A DNA stretch of 64,000 nucleotides from Acutalibacteraceae bacterium (GTDB taxonomy: Bacteria > Bacillota > Clostridia > Oscillospirales > Acutalibacteraceae). The stretch covers positions 7,626 to 71,625 of the forward strand of contig JAZQWT010000155.1 of NCBI GenBank assembly GCA_045632485.1, written 5' to 3'. Shown here piece by piece: positions 34,881 through 43,822 of the stretch. Numbering within the stretch: the stretch's first letter is position 1; every line of letters starts with the position of its first letter. The notes beneath the pieces are model-generated. The model was not told where the DNA came from. It worked only from the letters and a program-made list of their open reading frames with translations, and did not search any database. The position numbers and the translations under genes were made by a program.

Positions 34881-35131
34881 TCGTCTATTTCTCCTTCTAT
34901 CGCTTCTTCTCTTAATTTATCAACAATAAACTGTCCGTTGTTACCTGACAACAATTGTCCCCAATCTGATAAAAAGAAGCGTTCAAGACTTTTTTTTGCA
35001 AATGTCCCGTTTCGCTTTTCGTACTTGTCGGGGCTGTGCGTCTTTTTAACGGCTTTTCGATAATCCAATACTGCCTGATGCATTATCGCAATTATCAGTC
35101 GTTCATATTCTTTATAGTTTGAATTGCTCAT
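34877..35131 (-). CDS. Hypothetical protein
   Basis: 84-aa ORF, coupled to neighbours. Confidence 0.5.
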   Translation of the reverse strand: MSNSNYKEYERLIIAIMHQAVLDYRKAVKKTHSPDKYEKRNGTFAKKSLERFFLSDWGQLLSGNNGQFIVDKLREEAIEGEIDE

Positions 35132-35133
35132 AG

Positions 35134-35661
35134 TTATTCCATTAAATCAGTTGGATTTGCTTCATAGAGTACCGCAAGCAACATTGTTTGAGAGATTGTA
35201 GGTGAACATACTGTATTCTCAAATTTTGAAAGCAGGGGAGGGTCTATGTTTTCCCCTTTGCTTTTAAGGAACTCGCAAACTTCTATTTGGCTCAGTCCCT
35301 TTGCTATTCTCAGTTGCTTCAACGGACTATCAAAAAGGCTTTTCTGACCGTTGCTATCTTTTTGAACTCTTGTTATCTTTTTTAACGGTGCAAATGTATG
35401 TCTTGCTCTGTTCATACATTCCCGTCTGTACTGCTCTATTTCTTCGGTATTATCTGTAAGGTAAAATCCTTTGTTTTTACTACTGCGGATTAAAACATAA
35501 TCATCGCCGTTATCAAGGCTACTTAATTCGTGTAGTATGCTACGGACTTTTCGATATGAACAACTCCACAAGTCTGCTAATTCAGAATACGATATTGCAT
35601 TTCTTTTACCAATCGGCAGACAACTCCAATAAAATTCAAGTTTTTCTGTCATTGTTTTCAC
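35134..35661 (-). CDS. DNA-binding protein (winged helix + C-terminal XRE-type HTH)
   Basis: C-terminal LKQLRIAKGLSQIEVCEFL HTH pattern. Confidence 0.5.
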   Translation of the reverse strand: MKTMTEKLEFYWSCLPIGKRNAISYSELADLWSCSYRKVRSILHELSSLDNGDDYVLIRSSKNKGFYLTDNTEEIEQYRRECMNRARHTFAPLKKITRVQKDSNGQKSLFDSPLKQLRIAKGLSQIEVCEFLKSKGENIDPPLLSKFENTVCSPTISQTMLLAVLYEANPTDLME

Positions 35662-35664
35662 CTC

Positions 35665-36051
35665 TTAGAACGGCAGGTCATCGTCCGATGTATCAATATC
35701 GGGAATGTTAAGTGCTGAACCCGTTGCTGTATTGCCACTATCCTGTTTCTTTTCGCAGAAATGAGATTGTTCCACAACAAGTTCCGTTACTTTTCGTTTT
35801 TCGCCGTTGTTCGTTTCAAATGTTCTTGTCTGATATGAACCCTGAACGCATATTAAACTGCCTTTTCTGTAATGCTTGCAGATATGGTCTGCCGCCTTTT
35901 CCCAAGCCACGCAGTCAATCCAATCAGTTTTTTCTTTGTCATAGTTTCTCGGCACTGCAAGGGTAAATGATGTTACATTCTTTCCGCTTGTGGTTGTGCG
36001 AAGTTCAGGGTCAGCCACAAAGCGTCCCATAATTATTCCGCTGTTAAGCAT
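35665..36051 (-). CDS. ssb: Single-stranded DNA-binding protein
   Basis: OB-fold N-terminus (GRFVADPELRTT.SGK.V..FTLAV) and an acidic C-terminal tail DDDLPF. Confidence 0.85.
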   Translation of the reverse strand: MLNSGIIMGRFVADPELRTTTSGKNVTSFTLAVPRNYDKEKTDWIDCVAWEKAADHICKHYRKGSLICVQGSYQTRTFETNNGEKRKVTELVVEQSHFCEKKQDSGNTATGSALNIPDIDTSDDDLPF

Positions 36052-36236
36052 TATTCTGTCACCTCAGTTAATGATTTTTTTATACATTCAATGCAGAGTT
36101 CTTCACCCTCATACTTATAAAGAGTTTCTTCCTCTCCGCAATTGTCACAATAGAATCGGGTTACACTTCTGTTCGGGCAACTGCTCCCCAAACAGGGCAA
36201 TCCACATTGTACACATTCGTTCTCTACCTTTTTCAT
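36051..36236 (-). CDS. Zinc-ribbon mini-protein
   Basis: 61 aa with CVQCG...CDNCG...CIEC. Confidence 0.5.
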   Translation of the reverse strand: MKKVENECVQCGLPCLGSSCPNRSVTRFYCDNCGEEETLYKYEGEELCIECIKKSLTEVTE

Positions 36237-36286
36237 ACCGCTTCTTCCTTTTTTTGTATTAGTGTAAAATAAAATTGTTGTGCTGA

Positions 36287-36307
36287 TTTGTTAAAAATAT
36301 TAACAAA
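36287..36307. promoter_or_regulatory. Operator-like palindrome
   Basis: TTTGTTAA-AAATA-TTAACAAA in the 36237-36335 gap upstream of 36051..36236. Confidence 0.3.
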
Positions 36308-36335
36308 TTATTAATACTGCTTACAAAGTGACGCA

Positions 36336-36644
36336 TTAAAGATAATTCTTGCCTATGAGTGCAATAAACTCTTCTCTGCTGTGTGTTTCCTCGTATTTGC
36401 GTTGGCAATGTTGCTTTAACATCAAATCAAGTTCGTGTCCGTTTTTGCCGTGTACTCCCTCGTTTGATTGATTATGTAGCCAACCTGCAAGGTACACAAC
36501 AAAGCCGTTTTCATCAGATATTTTTCTTCGTCCTGTACCTCCGTAGATATGGTGAAGATGAAGATTATTTGTCTGCCCTGTTATGTAACATTCTTTTTTG
36601 TCACCCTGTAGAATACTTTGCTTAGTCATTTTTCCTCTCCCCAC
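36336..36644 (-). CDS. HNH/DUF968-like nuclease-motif protein
   Basis: CYITG...LHLHHIYGG...H...VHG histidine pattern. Weak call. Confidence 0.3.
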   Translation of the reverse strand: MGRGKMTKQSILQGDKKECYITGQTNNLHLHHIYGGTGRRKISDENGFVVYLAGWLHNQSNEGVHGKNGHELDLMLKQHCQRKYEETHSREEFIALIGKNYL

Positions 36645-37189
36645 AAACTTATTAAATTTGCTATCTCCGCAGGAGTTTTTGTTTCTATACCTACTGCTTC
36701 ACAATCCTGCACTATGTTATTAATCAGGCGGCTCATTTGCTGTTTGTTGTAGCGGCTACTGCCATAATAAAAGCGGATTATTTCTTTTTCACCGTCAGCC
36801 GTGAAATCAACTCGTTCCGTGAACCAACCAAGCCCAATTAATCCCCACGCCGTACAACGCCATTTAACCTTATCAGGCTCAATTTCATCATCATACCAAA
36901 CGCCTATTTCTTTTATTGCATTGCGGTATATTTCCTCTTTGGTATGTTTGACTTTTTCATCACTGAGTTTTTCAGCCAATTTACCGCATAGCAACCAAAA
37001 ATAAGAGTTTGCATTTAATGACCGCTTTTCCCTGTATTTCTCTATCTGAATTGATACTTTTTCGTGATTTTTCAATTCATCATAAATTGACATTGCCGCC
37101 TGTTTCTCATTGACTTCAAGCGTGATTTTGGGCTTTCCTGAAGCAAAATTCAGGCTCATATCAACAATCTTTCCTGTTAATTCGCTCAT
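36626..37189 (-). CDS. NinB/Orf-family recombination mediator
   Basis: KRSLNANSYFWLLCGKL and GSSRYNKQQMSRLINNIVQDCEAVGIE parallel lambda NinB RSLDQNRKLWACL / GQSTSRM..F.ELLELIQAFG. Confidence 0.55.
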   Translation of the reverse strand: MSELTGKIVDMSLNFASGKPKITLEVNEKQAAMSIYDELKNHEKVSIQIEKYREKRSLNANSYFWLLCGKLAEKLSDEKVKHTKEEIYRNAIKEIGVWYDDEIEPDKVKWRCTAWGLIGLGWFTERVDFTADGEKEIIRFYYGSSRYNKQQMSRLINNIVQDCEAVGIETKTPAEIANLISLWGEEK

Positions 37190-37209
37190 TGCTCTTACCT
37201 CTTATTTTG

Positions 37210-38328
37210 CTAACAAACCGACACATTATAGATATGCTCATTTATGCGTTTTTCAGCAATCTCGCAATACTCTTTTGAAAGTTCAAATCCTATATAATTG
37301 CGGTTGTTTTCTACAGAAACCTTCGCCGTTGTACCGCTTCCTATAAAGGGGTCAAGCACGATGCCTTTGACGGGACAACACGCCAAAATAGGAATTTTAA
37401 TCAACTCTTCGGGATAGGGTGCATAATGACACCCCTTAAATGGTTTTGTGTTAATGCTCCATATGGCTCTTTTTATACGCCCCTTTTCAACATTTTTCAA
37501 AATATCGTCCGTTTCAATTGTTATATCATTCAATTGTTGGTCTATTTTTTGAAACTCCTTGCTCCAATCATCAACAAGCCATTTTATGCTATTCCAATCT
37601 TCTGCTGAAGGATATGCAAAACCACTTTTATCCCGTCTGAACCAATGTTCAACTTTGCTCTGTTTAAGGGCAGAATTTTCTACAATCTTCTCGATTGTTA
37701 TACGGCTTCTCATAAATGACACAAACTCTTCTTGTGAGGGTAAATTTTTTCGCAAAAAAACTAATTTCTGTCCTCGGCTTTTGTTCATTCCTTGTCTTAC
37801 AGTGCTTTCTTGTTTAGTGTCTTTGTATTTGCTTGTTTTGTTTTTTGCTCTTTTTGGTGTAGTCGGAACAACTGATTTAAGCGGTTCGTATTGCGTTTCA
37901 AAATAATACTTATTTTTCTTTGTGAAGAAGAATAACTTTTCATAATCATTGTTAAATCGTGTCTTTGCACTTGACGGCATTGCATTTGGTTTATGCCATA
38001 TTATCTCATTTCGGCAAATCCAACCGCTATCCACCATTTTTATCTTAAATCTATCAGGTATGCAGGCAAGAGATTGCTTTTGGTAAACATCATCAATATT
38101 CACCCAACAACTTCCCTCGTCTTTGAGAACTCTGTAACACTCGTTGAATACAGACATAAGACTGTCTATGTAATCATCATATGTTTCTTCTTGCCCTATT
38201 TGTCCTTCAGTTCCATAATCCCTCAAATTAAAATATGGTGGTGAAGTTATTATCATATCAATACTCTTATCAGGAATTAGTTTCATTCCCTCTAAACAGT
38301 CCATATTGTAAATCTTGTTAATTTCCAT
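37210..38328 (-). CDS. DNA methyltransferase (beta-class N4-C/N6-A)
   Basis: Motif IV ITSPPYFN and motif I DPFIGSGTTA. Start ATG 38328 is in a TAATG overlap with the MBL ORF stop. Confidence 0.8.
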   Translation of the reverse strand: MEINKIYNMDCLEGMKLIPDKSIDMIITSPPYFNLRDYGTEGQIGQEETYDDYIDSLMSVFNECYRVLKDEGSCWVNIDDVYQKQSLACIPDRFKIKMVDSGWICRNEIIWHKPNAMPSSAKTRFNNDYEKLFFFTKKNKYYFETQYEPLKSVVPTTPKRAKNKTSKYKDTKQESTVRQGMNKSRGQKLVFLRKNLPSQEEFVSFMRSRITIEKIVENSALKQSKVEHWFRRDKSGFAYPSAEDWNSIKWLVDDWSKEFQKIDQQLNDITIETDDILKNVEKGRIKRAIWSINTKPFKGCHYAPYPEELIKIPILACCPVKGIVLDPFIGSGTTAKVSVENNRNYIGFELSKEYCEIAEKRINEHIYNVSVC

Positions 38329-39007
38329 TATTCGTCTTGATACTCCCACTCTCTTGATTTTTTGCTTTTCTTTTCCTTATGCTGATGAAGAAACACATAA
38401 TTGCTATGCTTACCCATATTTCTAAGGAGAAATTCGCTCGCTTGTTCGTGCGACAAGTGATATTTTGCCGTTCTAAATTCGTAAACATATTGTCCTGTTG
38501 CCGTTTTTTCAATTATTCGCTTTTCCAATTCTTCTTCTTCAAAATTACTCTCAAGCAAATAAAGGGTGTAATTTTTTGCGGTGATACCTTGTAAGTGCCC
38601 TGTATCAGTTACATATAATACTTTTTTCTCGTCAATATAAAGCCGATAGCCGTTGTTTGGTACATCGTGATATAGTTTGACAGGTGCAACCTTAAATGCT
38701 TTGTAATCGTAAATTTTGCCGATTTTATACACATCTATGCTTTGTTTCGGTATTCCACCGTCTAAAAGCGGTTTTACAAGCCATTCACAGCAACCCACTC
38801 TAATAGTCGGTCTTTCATCAACTAACTTCTTAATAGTTTTGATATTAAAATGGTCGGTTAGGAATGGATATGAGTTAATAGCACTAAACTCAAATTCCTG
38901 TAAACATTCTTTAACGCCTTAAAACTTACACCAATATCAATTAATATGTTTTTGTTAAGAACAACTGCGTTCCCCTGTGACCCCGTGCTTATAATTTCAT
39001 ATTCCAT
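38328..39007 (-). pseudogene. MBL-fold metallo-hydrolase interrupted by a 5-nt insertion in HxHxDH
   Basis: The N-terminal frame reads MEYEIISTGSQGNAVVL..ILIDIG...LLTHIHS-TAA. The downstream frame continues DHFNIKTI...; deleting TAACC (plus ggtta, 38856-38860) restores THIHSDH. Confidence 0.65.
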
Positions 39008-39009
39008 TT

Positions 39010-39633
39010 TTATATCACCCCCGTTTCAAGAGTTCGCTCAACACTCCACCCGTTTTTAAGCCTTTTTTGTATAGTTTGTCTTTTTATTCCTGTTGTTTCA
39101 GCCCATTGTGTGATAGTTTTTGTTTCACCTTTGTATGTAACAAGGTGATTATTTCTTTTGTTGTTTGCCTGTTCTTTTTGAGTAGCCCACCTGCAATTTG
39201 ACGGTTCGTAATTCCCATTTGTGTCTATTCGGTCAAGTGTTAAATTATCAGCATACCCGTTAGCCATAGCCCAATCATAGAACGCTTGAAAATCGTGTAG
39301 CCATTCAGCACATACGCTTATTCCCCTTGCTCCGTGCGTTTTATATGAGTGTGTCAATGGTCTGCAACACCGATTTTTCATATCTCTCCACACTTGATAT
39401 ATCCTTGTTCCACATTTCCCGTGTTTTGTGCTTCTTTTGATTGTCTGCTCTCTCTCATAACAACCGCAACTTTGTGTGTGACCGCTTTTGAGATTTCCTG
39501 CGGAAACTATTGATTCATTACCACAATCGCATTTGCAAAGCCACTTTGCACCGCCGTCTTTTGCATTTTCTGAACGCTCAACAACTGTCAGACTACCAAA
39601 ATGTTGCCCTGTTAAATCTATAAACTTGCTCAT
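39010..39633 (-). CDS. HNH-type homing endonuclease (paralogue of 31836..32483)
   Basis: FGSLTV..CKCDCG, LTLDRIDTNGNYEPSNCRWATQKEQANN, and a C-terminal HTH-like tail. Confidence 0.65.
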   Translation of the reverse strand: MSKFIDLTGQHFGSLTVVERSENAKDGGAKWLCKCDCGNESIVSAGNLKSGHTQSCGCYEREQTIKRSTKHGKCGTRIYQVWRDMKNRCCRPLTHSYKTHGARGISVCAEWLHDFQAFYDWAMANGYADNLTLDRIDTNGNYEPSNCRWATQKEQANNKRNNHLVTYKGETKTITQWAETTGIKRQTIQKRLKNGWSVERTLETGVI

Positions 39634-39643
39634 TTTTTACTCC

Positions 39644-39782
39644 AAAACAAAAAACCGCAAGGTACTTGTATGGTGCGAACACACTTTCCCCTGCGGATTT
39701 TGACATAATTATAGAATTGTTTGTTAAATGTTTCGCACCCATTCAACAAGGAAATTATATCAAAATAGTAAATATCTGTCAA
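39644..39782 (-). promoter_or_regulatory. Consensus promoter + structured leader + intrinsic terminator (L2)
   Basis: TTGACA (39777-39782), 17 nt, TATAAT (39754-39759). Terminator CCGCAGGG...CCUUGCGG plus UUUUUUGUUUU. Its loop is complementary to an upstream GGUGCGAA. Confidence 0.55.
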
Positions 39783-39803
39783 GGGAGTATTTTGAATATT
39801 CAA

Positions 39804-40514
39804 TTATAATTCGTCCATTGATACAACATTACCAACAGGCATTGCTTCAACCTCAATAGGTTCGTTCTGCTGTATCACCTCGTCACGCTGTACGGTATTT
39901 TCGGCAGGTAATTCAACGCCCATTTCTTCTGCTTCGTACATACCGCCTAAGTCCTCAATGAATGTTTCACGCAACGCTCTGACTTTTGCAACCTTTTCAA
40001 CCATTGTTGCACCTTTGCCACTCCAATTTGAGTTAAGTTTTCCGTCCTTTGTTCTCTGAGCGACTTCATCAAAAGCAACTGAACAATATGTAGGGTATTC
40101 CCAATTCTTGCGATAGACTTTAGCCCAACCGCCAACAAGGTTTTCTTTCGCTTTCAAATAGAAAGTACCTTTGCGTTCAACAATTTCACCTGAATCAACT
40201 TTTTCAACGATAACGCCGCTTTCCATACCGTTGTAAAACGGATTGCGAATAGCCCTTTTTAATACTGCATCTTTACCGACAACTATCTGTGCGGGACTAT
40301 TGCCGAACTTGATACAATAGGCTTCTTTCAGGAATGGATTAAGTTTTCTTGCAGAACACAACGATGTAAACATTTTGAACTCAGGGAGCGTGATTTCGCC
40401 GCTTGTACCGACAATGTATTCCTGTACGATTTTCGGTGTTAATTTAATCTTTTCGCCGTCCACCTCATAAACAACGGCTAATTCTTTGCTTTCCTGCTGT
40501 ACTTCATTACTCAT
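39804..40514 (-). CDS. recT: RecT/Bet-family single-strand annealing protein
   Basis: FLKEAYCIKFGNSPAQIVVGKD...GGWAKVYRK...MVEKVAKVRALRETF pattern. Confidence 0.8.
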   Translation of the reverse strand: MSNEVQQESKELAVVYEVDGEKIKLTPKIVQEYIVGTSGEITLPEFKMFTSLCSARKLNPFLKEAYCIKFGNSPAQIVVGKDAVLKRAIRNPFYNGMESGVIVEKVDSGEIVERKGTFYLKAKENLVGGWAKVYRKNWEYPTYCSVAFDEVAQRTKDGKLNSNWSGKGATMVEKVAKVRALRETFIEDLGGMYEAEEMGVELPAENTVQRDEVIQQNEPIEVEAMPVGNVVSMDEL

Positions 40515-40516
40515 TG

Positions 40517-40750
40517 TTATTTATCCTCGCTTTCATTTGTTGTAATTTCAATATTCTGTTCGCAGATACCTTTCAGGCAATCTACTGTTTTTACTGCCAT
40601 TTCGTAGCCTTCTTTCAGGCGGTCTGCTCTATATGAAACTCGGAGATTATACTCCGTTTCAGGGGTATATCTTTCAATACATTTCTTTGCCTGTGCATAC
40701 CAATATGACAGCACATCAATAGGTATATTCACTTTTTCATTCATAATCAT
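40517..40750 (-). CDS. Hypothetical protein
   Basis: 77-aa ORF, coupled to neighbours. Confidence 0.5.
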   Translation of the reverse strand: MIMNEKVNIPIDVLSYWYAQAKKCIERYTPETEYNLRVSYRADRLKEGYEMAVKTVDCLKGICEQNIEITTNESEDK

Positions 40751-41585
40751 ATCCCCCGTTATTCAGGAACTCTTTTAATGCTCTGAGTTTTGTTCTGCTT
40801 CCTCTGACTGTGAATTTCAGAGTTAAAATTTCTTCTTCCTCAACAGGCGGTGCTATCGGTTCAGGTGTAGGCGGTGTGAGTGTTTCAATAACCGTTTCAA
40901 CCTTTTCAGCCGCTTTTTTCTCCGCTTCGGCTCTTGCTCTGCGTTCTTCTTCTTTTGCCTTTGCTGCTTCAATCGCTCTGTATTTCTCGGCAACAAAAGT
41001 TATTGATTTACTCGCATTAAGGAATGAAAAACCGTCAGATTTCTTATAAAGAAAAAGAATCTCGTCTTTGTGTTCCTGTGTATCTATTAACTTCAAATCA
41101 TCACAAATGCGGTCAATAAACGCCTTTGCCTTTTCTTTAAGGCTTTTTTTGCTTGCCGATAATGTAACGCTGATACCTGCATTTTCAAAAGAAATAAAAT
41201 CAATATTCTTGCTTGTAAGATATTCGTCAAAGTAGGCTTTAATTTCAGCCGCTTTTTCTTCTTTTAATGTATTTTCAACTTCATCAATCTTGCCTTTCAG
41301 GTCAGTATCACCTTTTTTGAACACTGTTGTTATACATTCCTTGTATTTGTCCTCAAACTGTTCATAAGGTGTCATTACTGCCTTTTTTACCGCTTTTCGC
41401 TGTTCTTCAAAAGCCTGATATTCCTTGTTCAGTTCAGCACGGATTTTCTTAATTTCCGCAACAGTGTCCTCGGTACATACAAGGCTCATTGCATTATTTA
41501 CCCTTTCGGTAACATCTGCTTTGATTAACTCTAAGCGTTCCTCGATTTCGGGCAACTGCTTTACAATCATAATTTCATTGCTCAT
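40737..41585 (-). CDS. DUF1351-like recombination-associated protein
   Basis: N-terminal LPEIEERLELIKADV...KKIRAELNKEYQAFEEQRKAVKK pattern. Lies upstream of RecT, as in many Firmicutes phages. Confidence 0.5.
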   Translation of the reverse strand: MSNEIMIVKQLPEIEERLELIKADVTERVNNAMSLVCTEDTVAEIKKIRAELNKEYQAFEEQRKAVKKAVMTPYEQFEDKYKECITTVFKKGDTDLKGKIDEVENTLKEEKAAEIKAYFDEYLTSKNIDFISFENAGISVTLSASKKSLKEKAKAFIDRICDDLKLIDTQEHKDEILFLYKKSDGFSFLNASKSITFVAEKYRAIEAAKAKEEERRARAEAEKKAAEKVETVIETLTPPTPEPIAPPVEEEEILTLKFTVRGSRTKLRALKEFLNNGGYDYE

Positions 41586-41779
41586 TCTTTTACCTCTTTA
41601 ATATCAAAAACTTTCTTAACATATTCAGCCTGCGAATTATATGGCATATGTAACACTGCGTTTTCCAACAACTGCAAGCGTTTCTCTTTTGCTATCAATT
41701 CTTCGTATCTACCAACCTCAATTTCGGTAGTAAGTACAGTTAATGTCACATCACCACATTCAACTCTCGTTGTTCCCAT
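41582..41779 (-). CDS. Hypothetical protein
   Basis: ATG 41779 after an AAGAGGTC SD. Confidence 0.45.
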   Translation of the reverse strand: MGTTRVECGDVTLTVLTTEIEVGRYEELIAKEKRLQLLENAVLHMPYNSQAEYVKKVFDIKEVKE

Positions 41780-41892
41780 TTTTAAGACCTCTTTCTTTGT
41801 ATTTGTTCGCAAGGTATTCTACTAACCTTGTATTATTTATGTATTCCTGCTCGATTAATTTAACGGTGACTTTTCGGTGTTTCCCACGCATT

Positions 41893-42108
41893 TTACTTTT
41901 CCCTTTCTTCTTTTTTCATCAGGTTATACATTTCGCTGTCAGGCACATTAAACTCACGCTGTAAGTTCTCCCAAAAAGTATGTGAACCGTCACGCTCTCC
42001 GTTCTCTATCAGCGTGTATGTAGTTCGGCACACTTTTGTTCGCTTTGCCATTTCGCCCTTTGTGAGTTTCTTTTCACAGCGAAACATATATAAATTATGT
42101 CTTGGCAT
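41893..42108 (-). CDS. XRE-family HTH protein (Cro-like candidate)
   Basis: KKLTKGEMAKRTKVCRTTYTLIENG HTH pattern. Early position. Confidence 0.6.
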   Translation of the reverse strand: MPRHNLYMFRCEKKLTKGEMAKRTKVCRTTYTLIENGERDGSHTFWENLQREFNVPDSEMYNLMKKEEREK

Positions 42109-42154
42109 TTAATCACCTCCCTTCAAAATGTTTCAAAACGACACATTAAAGCCG

Positions 42155-42316
42155 TCAGTTTTGATAAATTCGTGTTTTGACCTGCTTTACATCGAATCTG
42201 TGCTTGTTATCAGGTGTAGTTATTTCTATGCTGTCTGCATACTCCTGAACATAAACAACATCACAGAATGTTGCTATAGTTTCGCTTGTTTTCTTGTCAT
42301 ACACAAATGCTTTCAT
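42155..42316 (-). CDS. Small hypothetical protein (53 aa)
   Basis: ATG 42316 after AAAGAGAGGGTATAAAATG. Below the track cutoff. Confidence 0.4.
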   Translation of the reverse strand: MKAFVYDKKTSETIATFCDVVYVQEYADSIEITTPDNKHRFDVKQVKTRIYQN

Positions 42317-42343
42317 TTTATACCCTCTCTTTTTTCTCGCAAC

Positions 42344-42402
42344 GGGCTTGTGACCGCTGCCGCCGCATTACTTAAGGACTGTGCCCTTCATCACTCTGCG
42401 AT
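42344..42402 (-). repeat. CGCAGAGUG-box pseudoknot-like element, copy D
   Basis: RNA AUCGCAGAGUGA-UGAAGGGCACAGUCCUUAA-GUAAUGCGG-CGGCAGC-GGUCACAAGCCC. The stop codon of the upstream ORF lies inside box 1. Confidence 0.55.
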
Positions 42403-42561
42403 TATAAGAGTGCCTTCCTTGATTTTTGTTTGCTTCCAATTGTTGTAATCTCTTTCGTTGAATATTGCAAAAGAATTTTTACGATATATATTTTCTAATT
42501 GTTCCTCTGTTACTTTTCTTCTGACATTTGTGATACTATTGATTATTGTGTAATTCTGCAT
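42391..42561 (-). CDS. Small hypothetical protein (56 aa)
   Basis: ATG 42561 after a GGAAGTAAGAAC SD. Ends ...LIIAE-TGA. Confidence 0.4.
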   Translation of the reverse strand: MQNYTIINSITNVRRKVTEEQLENIYRKNSFAIFNERDYNNWKQTKIKEGTLIIAE

Positions 42562-42582
42562 TGTTCTTACTTCCTTTCATAT

Positions 42583-42627
42583 CGGGCGGTTTTGCCGCCG
42601 CCCTTCGGCTTTTTCACTCTGCGATTT
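42583..42627 (-). repeat. CGCAGAGUG-box element, truncated copy E, plus GGGCGGCGG hairpin
   Basis: RNA UAA-AAAUCGCAGAGUGAAAAAGCCGAAGGGC-GGCGG CAAAA CCGCC. Lacks the UAAUGCGG and GGUCAC boxes. Confidence 0.45.
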
Positions 42628-42873
42628 TTACTTCTGCAAAGTGTAAGTGTAAGAATAACTATAAGCACCTTTTGACTGTTCTACTGTCAGTTTGTCGCCG
42701 TACTTTTTAATAAGGTGTTCTTTGTACGCTTCTTGTGCCATATTGTTGCGGGTGTGACCGATACAGTCAATGTAAACTTTGACTTTTTCGCCCTGCTCTA
42801 AAGCGGCACAAACCTCATTAAATCGTGATTCGTAAAAATCGTTTGCACAGTTGATAAATTTAGGTTCTTTCAT
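42628..42873 (-). CDS. Hypothetical protein, CIGHTRNN family (paralogue of 57452..57712)
   Basis: 81 aa. ...CAALEQGEKVKVYIDCIGHTRNNMAQEAYKEHLIKKYGDKLT aligns with the 57.5-kb paralogue. Confidence 0.55.
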   Translation of the reverse strand: MKEPKFINCANDFYESRFNEVCAALEQGEKVKVYIDCIGHTRNNMAQEAYKEHLIKKYGDKLTVEQSKGAYSYSYTYTLQK

Positions 42874-42939
42874 TTTCTTTACCTCTTTCTTTAATTTTCA
42901 ATGTTCGCAGCAAAAGCACCAACACGGTTTCTTTTACTA

Positions 42940-43025
42940 TATTTAGTATAACACTTTTGCAATACAATGTTAATAGACAAACTGTAAACATTATATGAAC
43001 AATTTGTAAACAAGTGCTAACAAAT
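42940..43025 (-). promoter_or_regulatory. Promoter cassette copy 3
   Basis: TTAACA-17-TATACT with upstream repeats TTGTTTACAAA, TTGTTCATATA and ATGTTTACAGT. Confidence 0.55.
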
Positions 43026-43040
43026 TGACACATTCAAATT

Positions 43041-43065
43041 AAAAAAAGGGGGGGCATTTTCGCCC
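43041..43065 (-). terminator. Rho-independent terminator
   Basis: RNA GGGCG-AAAA-UGCCC then CCCCUUUUUUU, after the stop of 43065..43262. Confidence 0.55.
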
Positions 43066-43262
43066 TATGCTATCTTAAAAATATCATCTATGTGCTTTTC
43101 CCATTCGTTATATGTAATTAATCCGAACTCAACGGCAAGGTCAACCGCTCCAAGTGCTTTTGTAGCCAACACTTTTCTATGTGATGTATCTTTCATTTCT
43201 TTAGCATATTTAATATCCTGTTTCAATCTATCCTGCACGGTGTACCCTCGCTTGTTCTTCAT
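43065..43262 (-). CDS. Hypothetical protein divergent from the repressor gene
   Basis: 65-aa ORF with SD. Forms its own terminator-bounded unit opposite the CI-like gene. Confidence 0.5.
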   Translation of the reverse strand: MKNKRGYTVQDRLKQDIKYAKEMKDTSHRKVLATKALGAVDLAVEFGLITYNEWEKHIDDIFKIA

Positions 43263-43483
43263 TGTGTCACCTCGTTATAATTTTCAGATATTTGCTAACT
43301 GTCGTAATCATTATATTACAATAGAAATTTCAAATCAATAGCAAAAAGCAACAAATGTTCGCATTTTGTTTTATGGTATTTGCATAATGTTTCACATCGT
43401 TATCATTTTGTGTTACTATGATTATGTTGTTACCTGCCTCGGTACACAACTACAATCCCATAGAAAGGAGTGTATTATCTTCA

Positions 43484-43804
43484 ATGTCAACCATAGGTAG
43501 CAAACTAAAAACTTTAAGAAAGGGGAGAAAACTCACACAAGTTGAATTGTCCGAAAGATTAAACCTGAGTCGTGCGACAATTTCTAATTATGAAGTCGGA
43601 CGCAGAACACCGCACCTATCCGAATTACACCGCTTTGCAGAGTTCTACGGTGTAGGGCTTGACTACTTCGGAGTAGAAACACAAGATGAAAGTTTTGAAT
43701 TGTTAAGCCGTGCCAAAAGTGTATTTACAAGCAATGAACTATCAGCAGAAACAAAAACACAACTTTATAAAGAGATTATGAAAATGTATTTAGAAGAAGT
43801 TTAG
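43484..43804 (+). CDS. CI-like XRE-family repressor
   Basis: LRKGRKLTQVELSERLNLSRATISNYEVGRR HTH. ATG 43484 after GAAAGGAG. Lies upstream of the integrase. Confidence 0.75.
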   Translation: MSTIGSKLKTLRKGRKLTQVELSERLNLSRATISNYEVGRRTPHLSELHRFAEFYGVGLDYFGVETQDESFELLSRAKSVFTSNELSAETKTQLYKEIMKMYLEEV

Positions 43805-43822
43805 TTGGAATGGAGTGATAAA

